A stretch of 64,000 nt of DNA from Carcharhinus longimanus (GCA_030264375.1 JASCQW010000112.1:9571648-9635647), one strand, 5' to 3'; counted from the stretch's first letter, positions 1 through 14,529 are shown. Notes: generated from the letters alone by a model not told the origin. Numbers and translations are program-made.

Positions 1-77
1 CCATGATCTTATTGAATGGCGGGGTAGGCTCGAAGGGCCAGATGGCCTACTCCTGCTCCTATTTCTTATGTTCTTAT
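1..77 (+). mobile_element. CR1 3' terminus
   Basis: CATGATCTTATTGAATGGCGGGG...CCTACTCCTGCTCCTATTTCTTATGTTCTTA; near-identical copy at 2647-2721. Confidence 0.75.
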
Positions 78-799
78 CCTCAGTACCCTGCATTCAATTT
101 CAGTCTTGTTGTTTGCCTTGAACATTATTCTTATTTATTTCTATGGTAAAAATATGAAAGCCAACCTTAAATGTTGCATCTGGATGAATAGTTTTAATAT
201 TAAGAAAACATCAAATTAAAATGAATCTGAGACCCTCTTGTCTATAGTTTTGGTATATAGATATTAATGGACTTTTATAGTGGTTCTGAAATTTTTCTAC
301 TGAAAATTTGTGTAAAATCAGTGCCCACAGTGGGACATTATATAACTGGAATTGCCCTTCCTTTGTTTTCTTCCTGCTCTGTCTTTCTCGCAAAGAATCA
401 TGACAAAAAAAAAAGGAATACTTGGAGTAATTGTGGTCAGCTTGTTCACTGAAGAATCATGGAATATTTGAGTCATCTACAAGAGTGTTTTTGTAAAAAT
501 GGTCTTGCAAAATGTCAGCATGTCTGTGCCTCCTGAATGGGAAGATTGTGGGTTCGAGCCTCACTCCAGATTATTTAACCAAGGCTCTCATTTAAATACA
601 GCACTGAAGGTTATACATTGTCACAAGTACCATACTATTGATAGTGTTAAACTGAGACCTTGTCTCACTTCAAATGAATGCAAAAAGTATCGTGCCACTT
701 GTTTAAAGGAGGACAGGGGGCCTGTTAGTGTTGTGGACAATGCTGCCAGACGCATTCATTGATCATTTATCTATTTGCATTGGTGAAAGAGGGTGCTGA

Positions 800-1230
800 T
801 AAGTGAATTCTGGGGAAGGCAGTCCCATGGTGAGTATACCAGTTGATCATAACTGACAATTAACTGCCAAGTGTTGTTTGAAATTTAAACCAGGCAGCTT
901 GATTCTTTTCAAGGCATCGTCATGTAGAATATGGCTATCACTTATTTTGTTTACCTAAAACAGATGCAATGTGTATATATGTTCTTTCTGTCCGCAAAGA
1001 ACTGGTGTATCAATTCCAGTACGTGCATGTGTCACGCTGCAAGCCCAGCTGACAATCTTAAATTCATCAGCGTAATTCTTAGCAACTGAGCGTTATTTAA
1101 CAAACGTCGTCCAAACTGGCAGCTTGAACTGGTCAAGGCATTGCTCTGTGGAATGGACTAGTGAATGGCTATCACTTGTTTTATTTGACTGAAACTGGCG
1201 TGATGTGTGTGCATGTTCTTTTCTGGCTAC
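800..1230 (-). repeat. Interspersed repeat of the same family as 36435-37780, with an internal duplication
   Basis: GGCAGCTTGA...TCAAGGCAT...ATGGCTATCACTT block occurs at about 893-990 and again at 1118-1225. Confidence 0.55.
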
Positions 1231-2089
1231 AATTATATTAATAACACACCCATACACCCTGCTGAGGCCTTGTCCTGATTACAACCTTCCAACCTCCCCA
1301 CCGCCCAAAATCCAATTCACCTGCAAGCTCTAGCCTTCTCTCTCTCTCATCACTTTCAAATGGACCGTTAAACTTACCTAGTTTTGTGCCGTTAAAAATG
1401 TGTCCTCCATCAATCTGACTCCTTGACTGCACTGTTGGGCTTGGAAGATAGGCAGAGCAACTGCGTCTGGTGAGACAGACACAATAAATTTTGCACTGAT
1501 TGGCAATCTGACACTGATTAAGTTGTCATTTTTCAGCAGTACTCCAATTCTGTACTACCAAATGACTAATCAAATTCTAGTCCCTTAATATAAAAGCAGT
1601 GACTACGTTTGGGCTTCCATATGCTCTGAATTACTTCGGTGAATTGTTTCTTGAAATCCAGTGACACAATATCCTAGGCATTTTTAATAGGGACATAGAA
1701 TACAAGAACAAGGACTTCCTCATCTGCCAAAAGGGGCAACCCGTGGTTCATAGTTCAGCTGTGAGATGCTGTAATGCAAAACTCCTTAAATAGTGACAGA
1801 GAAGGTCCTGCAAACAGCAGCAAGGTGGGTGACCTGTTTTGTTTTGGTGATAGTTAAGGGATGAATGTTGGCTTATTAGTTGCAAGAACTCCCTGCTCCT
1901 TGGAAAAGTTTCATTTTGTGATTTTATTTTTAAAATTTGTTCAATTTTGGTTTCATACAAAATAGTTTGAAAAGTGCTATGGAATGTTTCATCAGCCACT
2001 TAAGCATTGGGTATCTGCTTATTATCTCATTCAAAAGACATTAGTCCATTAAGGCAAAAGACAGGTCCCTGTTTGTGAACCCAATTCTT

Positions 2090-2168
2090 CACACTCCTGA
2101 TGAAGGGGCAGCATTCCAAATAAACCTGTTGGACTTTAACCTGGTGTTGTGAGACTTCTTATTGTGAC
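2090..2168 (+). mobile_element. Penelope terminus fragment inserted in a SINE
   Basis: CCTGATGAAGGGGCAGCATTCCAAATAAACCTGTTGGACTTTAACCTGGTGTTGTGAGACTTC. Confidence 0.65.
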
Positions 2169-2414
2169 AGTGCAGCACCCTTCAATACTATTCAAGTATC
2201 TTTCTGGGTTATGTATTATAATTCTCAAGTGGGACTTGAAATCTCAGCCCTTTTTCGTGGAGTCAAACAGACTGAAAGAGCCCTGGCCTATTAAATCTTT
2301 CCTAATAGCTCTAACCCGTCAATTCATTGTACAGAATGAGAATGTGTTTAATAAAGCACACAAAATATCCTAGACATTTTTATTAGGGGCATAGAATACA
2401 AGAACAAGGACTTA

Positions 2415-2721
2415 CCTGTTAAAAACCTGCTTAAATAAGTTTAAAGCACTTTGTTCTTTGTAGAACTGTTTTAAAGCATTTATTTTATTGTATTTACTGC
2501 TTTAAGAATTCTGAGGGAGTGGTTAGAAGGAGTTGTGGGCCAGCCANNNNNNNNNNNNNNNNNNNNNNNNNNNNNNNNNNNNNNNNNNNNNNNNNNNNNN
2601 NNNNNNNNNNNNNNNNNNNNNNNNNNNNNNNNNNNNNNNNNNNNNNCATGATCTTATTGAATGGCGGGGCAGGCTCGAAGGGCTAGTTGGCCTACTCCTG
2701 CTCCTATTTCTTATGTTCTTA
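2415..2721 (+). mobile_element. Young CR1 insertion spanning an assembly gap
   Basis: CR1 3' tail follows the gap. The insertion interrupts a duplicate of 1667-1800. Confidence 0.6.
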
Positions 2722-5700
2722 CTTTCTCACCTCCCAAAAGGAGCAACCTGTGGTTCATAGTTCAGCTATGAGATGTAATGCAAAACTCCTTAAATAGTGA
2801 GAGTAAATAAGGAGTTCTTCATATAGCAGCCTGCTCTTGATAATTGCAGTCGGTGTTTGGAGAGACTGAACATGGTTCAGTGTCTAGGCTATTTATCAGT
2901 AATCGTAAATATATCCTATTCTATAACAGTGCACCATTCCAAAGTTTGAAATGTGTTCGATTTACAAAAATGACCAGTTTGTAATATGGCTGCATCACTG
3001 ACCAGTAAACGAGGCCTAGGCCAGTGATCTGGGGCATAAGTTCTAAAAACACCATGATCATTTTGAAAATTTGAATTTTGTTTTTAAAATTTTCTGGAAA
3101 ATAGAAGCTGGCATAAATAAAAGTAGTCATGAAACTCATTTCCTCTTGAGTAAATAGTTTACAAATGCCGTTGGGGAAAAAGATCTGTTGTTTTTGCCTA
3201 TTTGGTCTACATGTCCAGTGTCACACCTCTCTGGTTAACTTAACTATTCTCTGACCAAATAAACCATTTCTGTTATATCACCACCAACCTGGGCAATTCC
3301 ATTTGAATGATAAATGCCAGTGGTGCCTACATCCTGAGAATTAATTGAAAAGTGGGGAAAAGTTAAAGTCATTGTACTGATGATCTGAGCAGCATACTGG
3401 GGAAGAGCACCTGAGTAATTGTTTGCCACAGAGTGCTGAGCTTTATGGAACAGGGATCTGCAGTAATTTCTCGGATTTCTACCTGATTTCTACCGTTGGC
3501 CTTTTCTATCCCTTCTTGTGCCTCAGTGGATGACACAAAAATCCCATCATGCTATTGAAAGAGCATAATGATCTCGTGGTTAGCATGCAACCCTCAGCCA
3601 ACACCAAAGCAAATTAACTGACCACTCATTTCATTGCTTGAGGATAAGATATTGTTGGAAAGTAATGCATCAATTAAGGATTTTGCAGTGTTTCTAATGC
3701 GCTGTGTGTATGCGGGTCTTAACATAATGGCCAAATTAAACACTACAGGATTTCCACTATGTATCTAGCTTAAAGGCCAGTTTTAGCACGCTCGTTTCTA
3801 ACTTGTTGAAATAGGTTATTTGGGAGTTTGTGCATGATGTTACTGTGCAAGTATTAGTAGATATGTATTTGACATCATTACTACAGTTTGACTTTTTGAT
3901 GGTGCTTCTTTTAAAATCACAAATGGTAACCCATTCATGAGAATTTGTCCAGCATTTATTGCCTTTGAGAATGTGGTGTTCAGCCACTACATTGAATACA
4001 ACTGAGTGGCTAGCTGTGGCATTTCAGAATGCAGTTAAATCAATCTCATCGTTATGGATCTGGAGTTGCACGCAGGTCGGGCAAGCAAAGGATGGCAAAC
4101 TTCCTTGCCTAAAAAATATTGGTGACCCGGATAGATTTTTATAACAATAGTTTGTGGTGACTCATTGAATTTAAATTCTTTAACTGTCATGACGAGATTT
4201 AAACTTCTGTTTCCAGAGCATTGTTCTAGGCCTCCAGATCACTAACCCTGGCACATCAGATCAAACCCAAGATGGGTGCAATGCCAGCTTGGATTTTGTT
4301 TGTCTCCATTGTGGGGACCTTGAATTGGATTTTGGAGCAAGTAAGGAATGGATTTGTTCGCCTGGTCTATTCTGAGTATTGGCTTTGTGGCTTTAAGAAA
4401 TGGAGTTTAAAAAAAGTCTGCTACCATCCCTCTAATTAGAGTCCATGGTATTTCAAGGACTAAGCAGTGATTGTGATTACTGCACAGATCTCAGATAACA
4501 AGGATGGGTAAATTAAATCTACTTACCCATTGAAACTAGTACAACAAATTATAGAGGAGTTAAAAATGTGATTTTTGAACTCGCAATGCATTGAAAATTC
4601 TCAATTAAACAGTGCATGTTTTACAGTGGATTAACTTTTTCCATTTTAAGTAATCTGATGCATGGTGCTATTATCACCCTGCTGAAGAGACGATGCAGCA
4701 AAACAAAACCTAATTCTAATTAAACCAGCCTATTCAATAATTGTGCACTTAATTTTAGCGACCTGAAGCTTGAAGATTTGGACCTATTGTTGCTCTGCAC
4801 TGCAGTGACCACTTCATCTCCTCTACATTACTGGCTAAATAATCAGTGCCTTCAGCAAGGAGTGTTTGTTTAGGCTTTTTTTAACGTCCCTGGTGCTGTT
4901 TCACTTACAAGGCTATTACTTTTAAACACTCTCAGTTTACAAGTTCAGCAGAATTTTGTGAAAACAAAGCTTGTATTTTCTGTTTGATGAATAGATGCCA
5001 ATGCACAAGGCAGGAAAGGGGTGGGAGGTAATTGATAACTAAGAAATTAGCATCATGCACAAAACTCCCAGATTAACTATTTAAACCAAATTTATGTAGC
5101 ATGCCTTCACAATTTAACTCAGTAAGCCTAGAAGATATCATTCTGATGAACCTGCATTCTATCCCCTCCATAGCCAGTGTCATCTTTGAGACTCTGACCA
5201 AAATTGAATGCAATGTTCCAGATGTGGTTTAAGCAAAATTCTCTACAAGTGGACACCATTTTTTGGATCTCAATTTGAGATTAAGGACCAATTTTCCATG
5301 AGCCCTTGCAATTACCTTTGTACCTGTACAAAGGTAATTGATCTATACCACACCATAGTGATATGTTACATGAGCATCTAAATCCTTTTGTTCCTCTTCC
5401 CTTCCTAGTGGCTCAGTATTAAATTAAGTTCTGCTTTGCCCTTCATCCTTGTGCTTCCCTACATTGAATTTCCACTAACTTGGTTTTTTTATCCCTTTAA
5501 CTTCTACTCAACAAGACCTGAGTTGTTATCCTTGGCCCCTGCAACAATGTCTATCACAGATTCTTGATGTGCTCCAGAGCAGTATCTTAAGATCAACTTT
5601 GCAACCATACTAATCTGTTTAACCTTAGCTTAGTTACAGGCCCCATATATTCTGCCACAAGAATTGCCTGCTTCTACCTCTTTTTATTGTCTGTGTTCTC

Positions 5701-6807
5701 TGAAACTCATGCACACAAGAACTGCCTGCTTCTACCCCTGCTAAAGCTCACAAATTTGATTTTGTATCATGTCTGCGCAACTTCCCTGAATTCCATGTCC
5801 AAATATTAAAGTTAAAATTAGCATCCTTGTGTTTAAATTCATCAGTGTCTTTGTCCCGGTCTGACAATATCCTGCAGAACCTGCCCTTCAGCATTCTGTT
5901 CTTCCAGCACCAACATTCTGTCCTTGTTTTCCCCTAATATAGACACATCTAGTTTTTTTTTACCCCTGGTAGTCTATCCAATTATCTTCACCTCTGATAG
6001 CCTAGACCTAAATATTAGTTACTCCATTGTTGGTTCAGCATTTATTTTTCTTGAGCCAATCTGTGAAGCTTCTTGGGGCAGTCTTTACAAGCTACATGAA
6101 ATTTATGATGCAGTTATATACTTGAATTAATCCTTTGAATAGTTGCATTTCCATTTTTGGGTTTCTATACGTACTTTTTAAAATTTGTTGTCCAATTTTA
6201 AATGGAAGCCAGTGGGATGAATTATAAGTGAAGGGGATGAGCTCATATGCACATTGCTCATAGCCATGCTCTTATTGAACTCTGTGGCCTTGTCCAATCA
6301 TACTTCCATCCTCATACCCTCTTGATATTCTTACTCTGGTCTAGTCTGCTCTGCCTTCTCTTTACCCATGCACATGAATCCACCCAGAACCGTTGGTAGT
6401 GGGGCTTCAGACATCTTGCTTCAACATCTAGATTCCACCTCTTTCTACCCTATTTCCACTTTAATTCATCCTTCCTTAACCAGCAGAGCATGCTTGAGAA
6501 ATATGGCAAACACATTCTTGTGGTGCTTAATATCAACATGTTGTATTAAGTGAGTTACACAGCAGCACACTGCAGTGGGATTTTCTGAACTGTCATGGGT
6601 ACGGAGGAAATGGTTTCCCACAGTGTTAATTTGAACCATTGTTGCAGAATATATAGCATGCCACTTGAGAACTTTGATCACCTGAAGAGACAAAGTGTGT
6701 GGGATCCCAACAGATTGGTGTCTGTTGTATTTCAAAATTTTTTGTCATTGAGATAATGGATGGAGTGTGGTCCAGGTGGCAGGGTGAAATATTTTTGTCC
6801 TTGAATA

Positions 6808-7250
6808 GTGTGAGCCAAGTGGTAATACCTGCTTTTGAGTCAGAGTGTAATGAGGTCAAGTCCTACTCCAGAGATTTGAATTTGAATCTCAGTCAACACT
6901 TCAGTCGAGCTTAGGGAATGCTGCACTCGGGTGCTATAATTCGGTTGAGATGATGAAATAAGTTATCATCCTTCCTTTTAATAAAAAATCCTGTGACAAT
7001 GTGAGGAGAAGAGGAGGGGTCTCTATAATGAGTTCTTCTGTTGTGCTGGCTGCTAATTATTCCTCAATCAACAGCACTTAACAAAGGCAAATGATGTGGT
7101 CATGTATCTCACTGCTGCTGTGTGCAAAGAAACCATTGCATTTTTCTACATTATTCCAATGCCTACACTTAACAAAAAGTAATACACTGGCTGTGAAGTG
7201 CTTTGGGATATCTTGCTGTTTTGAAATATGCTATACAAATGTCTGTTCTT
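6808..7250 (+). mobile_element. Deu-domain SINE
   Basis: Homologous to 9338-9775; tail GGCTGTGAAGTGCTTTGGGATATC...TGCTATACAAATG. Confidence 0.6.
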
Positions 7251-8150
7251 TAAGTGCAAGAGCTTCACTTGGTCTGTGTTAAGCAGATCCCCTTGTCGCA
7301 GCAAGAGAGCTATTAAGAATGCAAAGATCTGATTTGAGCCTGCATAGGGAGAATTCTTAGATAAGATCAATAAACCTTGAAAATGCTGAATTCGAGCTAT
7401 GATATTTCAAATTTAATTAGTGTGGCTGTTAACCCTTTGAAAGAATTTGAATTTCTCACAGCTTCAGGATATTCCAAAGCATTTAGCAGATAATGAAGTA
7501 CAGTCATTGTGTAATCAGATGCAGAAATTAATTTATGTTCATCAAGGTTCCACAAGCAGTGAAGCAAACTCCAATTTCACAGCACTTGAGATTTTTTACA
7601 CCCAACTGAGAAGGGTTTAATATCTCATCTCCTCAAAGACTGCGATGATGCAGTGCTTCATGCAGCACTGAGGGTGTCTAAGTCTAGATTGTGCTCAGTA
7701 TGGGATGTGGTGTGAAACAACAGCTGTCACTGTTTTCTGAACCAAATTAACTTTTTTTCTGTCATAGTAAAGCAATTATTTGTATTGATGTAATAACCGA
7801 AAATGCTGGAAAGATTCAGCAGATCTCTGCATTTGTGAAGAGACAAACACAATGCCAGGAAGCCTACTGTGCCCGCCCTAGTCCAATGCCAGCATCTCCA
7901 CATCATGACTGGATGTGACAGGACTGCAAAGCTTGGATCTTATCCATTAATTGTGTAATCACTTGGCTATCTTGTTGCAGGCTGCTTCTGTTTTTGGCAT
8001 GCAAATTCTCCTGTGTTATAATTTCGCTAGGTTGACACATTTTTAGGTGTGCTTGCTGCTGCTCTTGGCATGCCTTTCTCCGCTCAACTAAAAGAAATGG
8101 TGAAATAGGATGTCCGTTTATAAGCATCTTCTTCACTGTTTCTCCACAGT

Positions 8151-8378
8151 GGGATGGCACAGTGATTAGCACTGCTGTTTCATATCGCCAGGGACCTGGG
8201 TTCAGTTCCCAGCATGGGACACTGTATGGAATCTAGCCATGCTAAATTGCCCCTCAGTGTCAGAGGGATTGGCTAGGGTAAATGCACAGGGTTATGGGAA
8301 TAAGCTTTGGTTAGGAATGTGGTTGGTGCAGACACGATAGGCTGAATGGCCTCCTTCTGCACTGTATGATCCTATGAT
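8151..8378 (+). mobile_element. HE1-like SINE with internal deletion
   Basis: Head GCACAGTGATTAGCACTGCTG...GGTTCAGTTCCC; tail GGCCTCCTTCTGCACTGTATGATCCTATG. Confidence 0.75.
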
Positions 8379-8564
8379 TAATTTTGCAGCATTTCATCTT
8401 AATCATTTGTCAGAATTCTTTGGAAATTTCCTCTGTCCTAACTAGTACCACAAAAATGTTAAAATTTCTGGTTGTCACTTTCAAAACGCAAACACATTTG
8501 TGTTGAAGAATGATCTGATTTACTTGTGAAAGTAGAAAATCTTGGATTTATATGCAGCCTTTTC

Positions 8565-8880
8565 TGTTCCAATACAAGTATGACCTATCTTAAATGTGGA
8601 AACCAAAACTGAACATGGTATTACAGATGTGGCCTCTTCAAAACCCTGCACAATTTTAGGAAGGTATTTATTCTTATGTTCCAGACCACTTGCAATAAAG
8701 GCCAACATGTCGTCTGCCTTCCTAATTGCTTGCTTCATCTACCTGCTAACTTACAGGTTTCTCATCTTTTAAAAAAGATTCTGCTTTTGTGACCTAAGTG
8801 AATATCTTCAAATTTCCTGACGTTATATTCCATCTGCCATCTTGTCCAGTCATTTAACCTGTCTATGGGTCTCATGTCCT
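8565..8880 (-). mobile_element. CR1 ORF2 fragment
   Basis: Minus-strand peptide QAIRKADDMLAFIASGLEHKNK matches CR1 QAIKKANGMLAFIARG. Confidence 0.75.
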
Positions 8881-9337
8881 CCTTCAAATCCCAAAAGTAC
8901 TAAATATACTCACTAATTTGAAGCTTCTCAACAGAGTTGTCTTTAATTTTTGTATAGTTTTAGTGATGCTTTGTGATTTGAAATGATTTGAAGTAATTGG
9001 CAACTATTGTACAGTTAAATGAAGAAAAAGTACATTTTGTTCAAAGTCACATCTTTTATCCAGAAAATTCTGCTGTGATATTTGTTTTTAAAAGCTGCCT
9101 TGTTATACAGTAAGGAGATCTCGACATGTCAGTTTTCCTTGCTGTCTGGTGACAGTATTGTCTGACTGACTGGAGCCTCCTGCCTTCCTGAGCAGCTCCA
9201 CTGGTTACAAGGGAGACTGACTATGGAATTTATGGAGTTTTCTGATCTGGGAAAATGTGCCTGTGGCTTAATTTACAATGTACTCGGGCAGCATTTGGAG
9301 AGCTAACCAATGCTAAAATAATTCCTGACCCCATGTC

Positions 9338-9775
9338 AACTGTGGCTCAATGGCCATGCTCTTTCTTGCCTATTGGCCAGATGCTGGGGATTTGAGTCCC
9401 ACTCCAGAGATTTTAGGATGTAATAACCCAGACTAATGCAGTAGCTACTGTTGAAGGTGCCTTATTTAAATAAGACATCAGACCAGAGGCTCTGTTTCAT
9501 GCTGAGACACAGAAGATTCCATTGCACTATGTGAAGGAGAACAGGAAAGTTCTTCCTAGTGCCCAGCCCAATAGTTGTTCCTCAACCAACACTTGAAGGA
9601 ATAGATCTTGTGCTCATTATCATATTGCTGTTTTGGGGCATTTGCAGTGTGTACATTGGCTGCTGCATTTCTTACAATGCAAGAGTGACTATATTTCAGA
9701 AGTATAAGGTACATCATTGATTGTAAAGCTCTTGGGGATGATCTGACAGTCACTACCAATACAAATTCTTTCTAA
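9338..9775 (+). mobile_element. Deu-domain SINE (SacSINE1/AmnSINE1-related)
   Basis: tRNA-like head; AAGATTCCATTGCACTATGTGAAGGAGAACAGG core; L2-like tail GTAAAGCTCTTGGGGATG. Confidence 0.6.
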
Positions 9776-12700
9776 GTTCCAAAGTAAGAGTTTCGGAATA
9801 GTTTCTTAAGCTTGTGTTTTCCCCCTATTAAATAATAGAGCTGCTGGTTTGTAAGAAATTGTACAAAGGCTATTTGGTCAATTAGGTCAGCATGACTGCG
9901 TCTGCTTGGTAGCTAATGGGATCTCTTCCAAGAACAAACGTGCAATTTCCATCAACTCCTCGAAGCAAACATGCGAATGTTACCTATTCCATCTGGACTT
10001 GCTGGCACAATGTGAACAGCCAGTAACCAAAAAGAGCAAATTACTTTCAGAATAACAAGTTTAGCACCTTTTTTGGTTAAAATCAATTTCTCTTCAATTT
10101 TATAAAATAAGAACATCTGTACTCACTTTCCATTAATGACTTGCTGCATCTATATTTGTACAGTAATTTTGTGCACTTGTAAACAGACCTATATAACTAG
10201 ATGCACTGCAGTACCAGTGCTTGCAGGAGAATGCTGCAAAAAAATGTGGACCTGGGCAATTATAATAATTGTCAAGATGGGAATTTTTAAAGGATATATG
10301 AAAGCAAGGATAGCAGATATGACTTGAAACTGGGGCTAGGATTTTGCTTCCACGTCCTGGTCCAATTAAACTTGTTTCTGAAGGCTGCACTGAGCTTTAT
10401 TTCCTGCATACTGACACCGGGGATGAATTGGCTTCAGTTATTGTTTTCAGTGGGGAAAGGAAGCTGTTCTTCGTGTACAACTTGGAAGATTTTCTTTTGT
10501 GCACTTCCAATGGCTAAAAGAATGCCCAGGCTGATACTTTATCTCTTTTGTCACTTCTGATCTCTCTGTTTGCTGTCTAAAAAGCCAGCATCTGTGAAGC
10601 TGCTGTTCAGAGATAATGGCAGTTCCATATATGCTGTAATGTGCCAGGATTACAAGTAAAATGCAAACAGTTGTGGTAAATATGTTTATTTACCATGTCC
10701 ATGACACATTTGGCTCCTGCTGTTGTGAAAGTTGCCCTCATTAAAATACTTTGAACAAGAATGGATTTAGAAGTTGTTAATCGCTACGGAATATTTAGTG
10801 ATAAGGAGTTTGATTATTCTGCTGGCCACTGCCTCTGGAAATGTCCTTGCTAATGTTGGCAAAATAATTATTTTTTTAACAAAACCCATCAATTGCTATG
10901 TTAGAACAAGCATAATTGTGTTTATTTTCTTTGCAACAATATCACCAGGTTTCTGTGCAACAGGTTTGGATGATAAGTATGAATATTGCCAAGTATTTCT
11001 TTGGCAGCAGAGGAACATTAGGACAAGGCTATTCAGCTGTTTAAGCCTGCTCTGCTTTTCAGTAAGATTGTGGCTGGTTGTGTTCCAGGACTCTTTCTCA
11101 GCCCTGAATAAATCCACTGCTTTGAGGGCTAGAACTCATCGGGCAAGCACACTGAGGGGGAAAAGACTCCTTATTTACCCATTATTCTTAAACTGTGTCC
11201 CCATAGTTCCAGCCTCCATGACAAATGGCGTCCCCTCAAGATCTCCTATCTTTGAATAGGATCCCCCCCCTCATTCTTCTGAACTCTTAATAATAGATTT
11301 GGTCCCAATTTGCTCAGCCTTTCCTCGTAAAATGAGCCCTTTGTCCCAGGCTGCTGCTGTTCATTTGGTATTCTAGATATGGTTCCACAGCTTTTTGGAC
11401 ACCTAACTGCAGATAAAAATCAAATGTCTGCTTTAATGGCTGGCAACTATGGCAGTGCCAGGGCTGTGATTGAGGACAGCACTGTAGCGTATGTTGCAGG
11501 AATGTGAAAATGCCAGTATGTAAAATGAAGGCATGAAATTCAATAGATTCTTGAGCTCTGCAGGCACTCGGGTTTCAAATATTTGGAACTGATGCGCAGG
11601 AGCATGATTGTGTGATTATCACTTGTCATGTGTACTCACTGGTGCAGTGCTATAGTTAGAATTGGAAGCGCAGATGGTCGTGATGTATGTGTTGAAATAT
11701 AAACAATTTAGTTGGAATCTCCTGAGGAGATGAGATCCACCTGGATTTCTTGAGAGAAGGCTGACTCGTTAAAAATATTTGCCTTTTCCAGTGTCTTTGA
11801 ACCATCTATAGTGATGCATTTGGGTTAGTACTGTGATTTTTGAGTTCTGTCTTGACACTGGATTTGTCTGCTGTAATGGATAGAAGCAATTCTTGTAAGT
11901 TTGTATGACAGTTCTTTTTGCTTAAAAAATGTGCAATAGGTCAGTCGTCAAAGCAGTAATGAAAGTGTGATATCTACTTGTTTGGCTTGATGCACTTGAT
12001 TTATTCTTTCTGTAACAGTATGTTCCCGTTTTACTTCAGTATCCTGTTTTGATCAGAACAGCTATCCAATTGATGGCTTAGATTTGCAGCCTTTTTTAAA
12101 AAATGCACCTTTTTGAGAGACTGGTGTGGATTTGTTTCTCAAATTTACTGCGTATTGAGGCATTAATCGCCTGGCTGTGCCTCTGATCAAGTGCTTTTCA
12201 GCATAAAGGGGAATTGGATAGAGTCATGAGCTAGCAATGGCAGAAGATCGAAGGAAGAAGAAAAACTAAATTGGAGTGCAAATCAGTTTTGGATTATTTA
12301 CGACAGGAATTATGTTCTGCTCTGGTCTACATCTTTAGTTATACTACTTGTAAGTGGCAATGCACCATACATTCCATATTTACTTTGTTGCCAGAATGTC
12401 CTCAGGATTACAAACATTCTGGACCCACCCATTGCATTCCTCCTTCTGCGGAAGCAGAGATCTGCTGGTAAATAACACAACCAGCTGGAATAGAAGGGGA
12501 AATGGGTCATTAAAAATGTCCTGAATATTTAACAAAAACTCAAAGCCCATTTGATTTGTGTGTGAGAGGGAATAAAATCTTAGTTTCTAAATAGATTCAT
12601 CAATTTGCCAGATCTTCTGACAATTAAGGAAAAACCTAACCCAGTCATGCGAAAGATAAGTTAAATTTAACTTTCATTCCATATCCTGTGACGTGCTCAG

Positions 12701-14529
12701 TGTACACAGTAACATTCATGTGAATGTGAATCATGAGTTTGATTTTTGATCAAATATCTTGCACGCAACATGTTGCGAAATATTTATCCAATTCACTTGT
12801 CATAAATGGGAGACGGACGTTTGAATTCATTAACAATCCTTGGCACCCATTTAGTTCATTAGTATACTGGTGAGGAGTCCTGTAGTATATTTAAAGATGT
12901 GCAACCGAATAGATTTATTGTGAAAATGTAATTCTGTAAATAACTTCATTGCAGTGTTAATGAAAGCCTACTTACAGCACTAGGAAATAAACTTATTAAT
13001 GGTTTTATTGAAGCTGTGGCCAATGCAACTCAGTTTCACTAATCTCTTAGCACAAGCTTATTGGCTTGAATATCCTCCTTTTTAATGTCATTCTACACCG
13101 CACTGAAACATCATGAACGGCAATCTTAATAAAGCGATACCTGATACCACAATTGAGTATAATATAACCAAATTTCTGAGATACAACTACCATACTGAGT
13201 TGCAGAAATATATTTCCGCGAGCACGATAAAATGCTTTCTAGGGGAGCAATAACACTAGTTCTGAAAGATTTGCAGTGCTTTTGGTTTTTATTTGAAAAT
13301 GTGTTTTTTAAAATAATGCTGCTCCCTAACTGCTATCAGATTGCCATTGATATCTAAAACTCTTTGTATGTCCATGGCAGGAGCTTGACCGTGTAATGGC
13401 TCATTAAGAAGCCAACATNNNNNNNNNNNNNNNNNNNNNNNNNNNNNNNNNNNNNNNNNNNNNNNNNNNNNNNNNNNNNNNNNNNNNNNNNNNNNNNNNN
13501 NNNNNNNNNNNNNNNNNNTCATTAAGAAGCCAACATCTAGTCAACAGGATTATAATAGTGATTTTGCTGTTAATGCTAATCTAAACTAATTGCTTTAACT
13601 TGTCGGTTGTGATGAGCAAAACCAAAACAAAACGAGCAGTGGGCATACACAATCTGCAGTATGCTTTATTTTTTAAGAATCAACATTTCACGGTCCCCAG
13701 TGGCTGATTTTTTTTTTCCCCAATGAGCTATAACATATGAGGGAGATTCCAACTTTAGCCATCTGTTATGTGTTTGCTAATATCAGCTGGCATGGGAATA
13801 AAAGGGTTCAACATTCACAGGTTGAATGGTAAAATTATTCTGGATTCCTGTTATTTTCTTAGAATAGAATGGGAAATAGCAAACACAGCCACCTGGTAAG
13901 GACACAATGAGGGTCAGCAATAAGTCTTCTCTTGACAGCCTGCTTACTGTTAGTCATATATGCAATTGAGTTGGAATGAAAGTAAGCTTTTGGAAGGTGG
14001 CCAGAATTTATGCAATCTTTCTGTGGGGGTGTCTTATTTAAAAAAAATAGGGAACACACAGCTGCAGATGAGGACGTGGAGGGGAGGGGGAGGGGGGGGG
14101 GAAGTAGTCTTAAACAATGGATTAAAAACAATTTATGCTGAAACAGAATTTAGCCAAAAATTTGGGGAGTCATTCAATATCATCAGTCTAGTTTGGTAAT
14201 ATTGTTTTAGTGCAGTGAATTGGTTTGTGATATCCACCTGCTGCAGAATTCATAGATGCAACTGTGTGTATGTCTAAGATGATTTAATAAGTCATTTAAT
14301 AAGTTGTTTAATTCACCTGAATATCACCAATGGATAGGGTAATTGTGATAGGGTGACCTGGATTACCCAGAAATATCATTATTACATTACCAAACCATTT
14401 ACAACTAAAGCACTGCTGATCAACCTACTATGTACGTCTAACATTCTCAGACTACACCCAGTTCTTGCCTGTCAGATTCCAGCCTGGTCTGTTGCCAGCA
14501 TCTCCATTTCATAGATTCATTCCACTTGG

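Noticed and set aside
10774-11259. Longest ORF in the track (161 aa)
   Set aside because: No recognisable domain, TTG start, intronic position, and its 3' part is antisense CR1 sequence.
12764-12777. Palindrome CGCAACATGTTGCG
   Set aside because: Isolated 14-bp palindrome with no supporting context.
13401-13536. TCATTAAGAAGCCAACAT repeated on both sides of an N-gap
   Set aside because: Most likely an unmerged contig overlap. It cannot be told apart from a TSD without reads.
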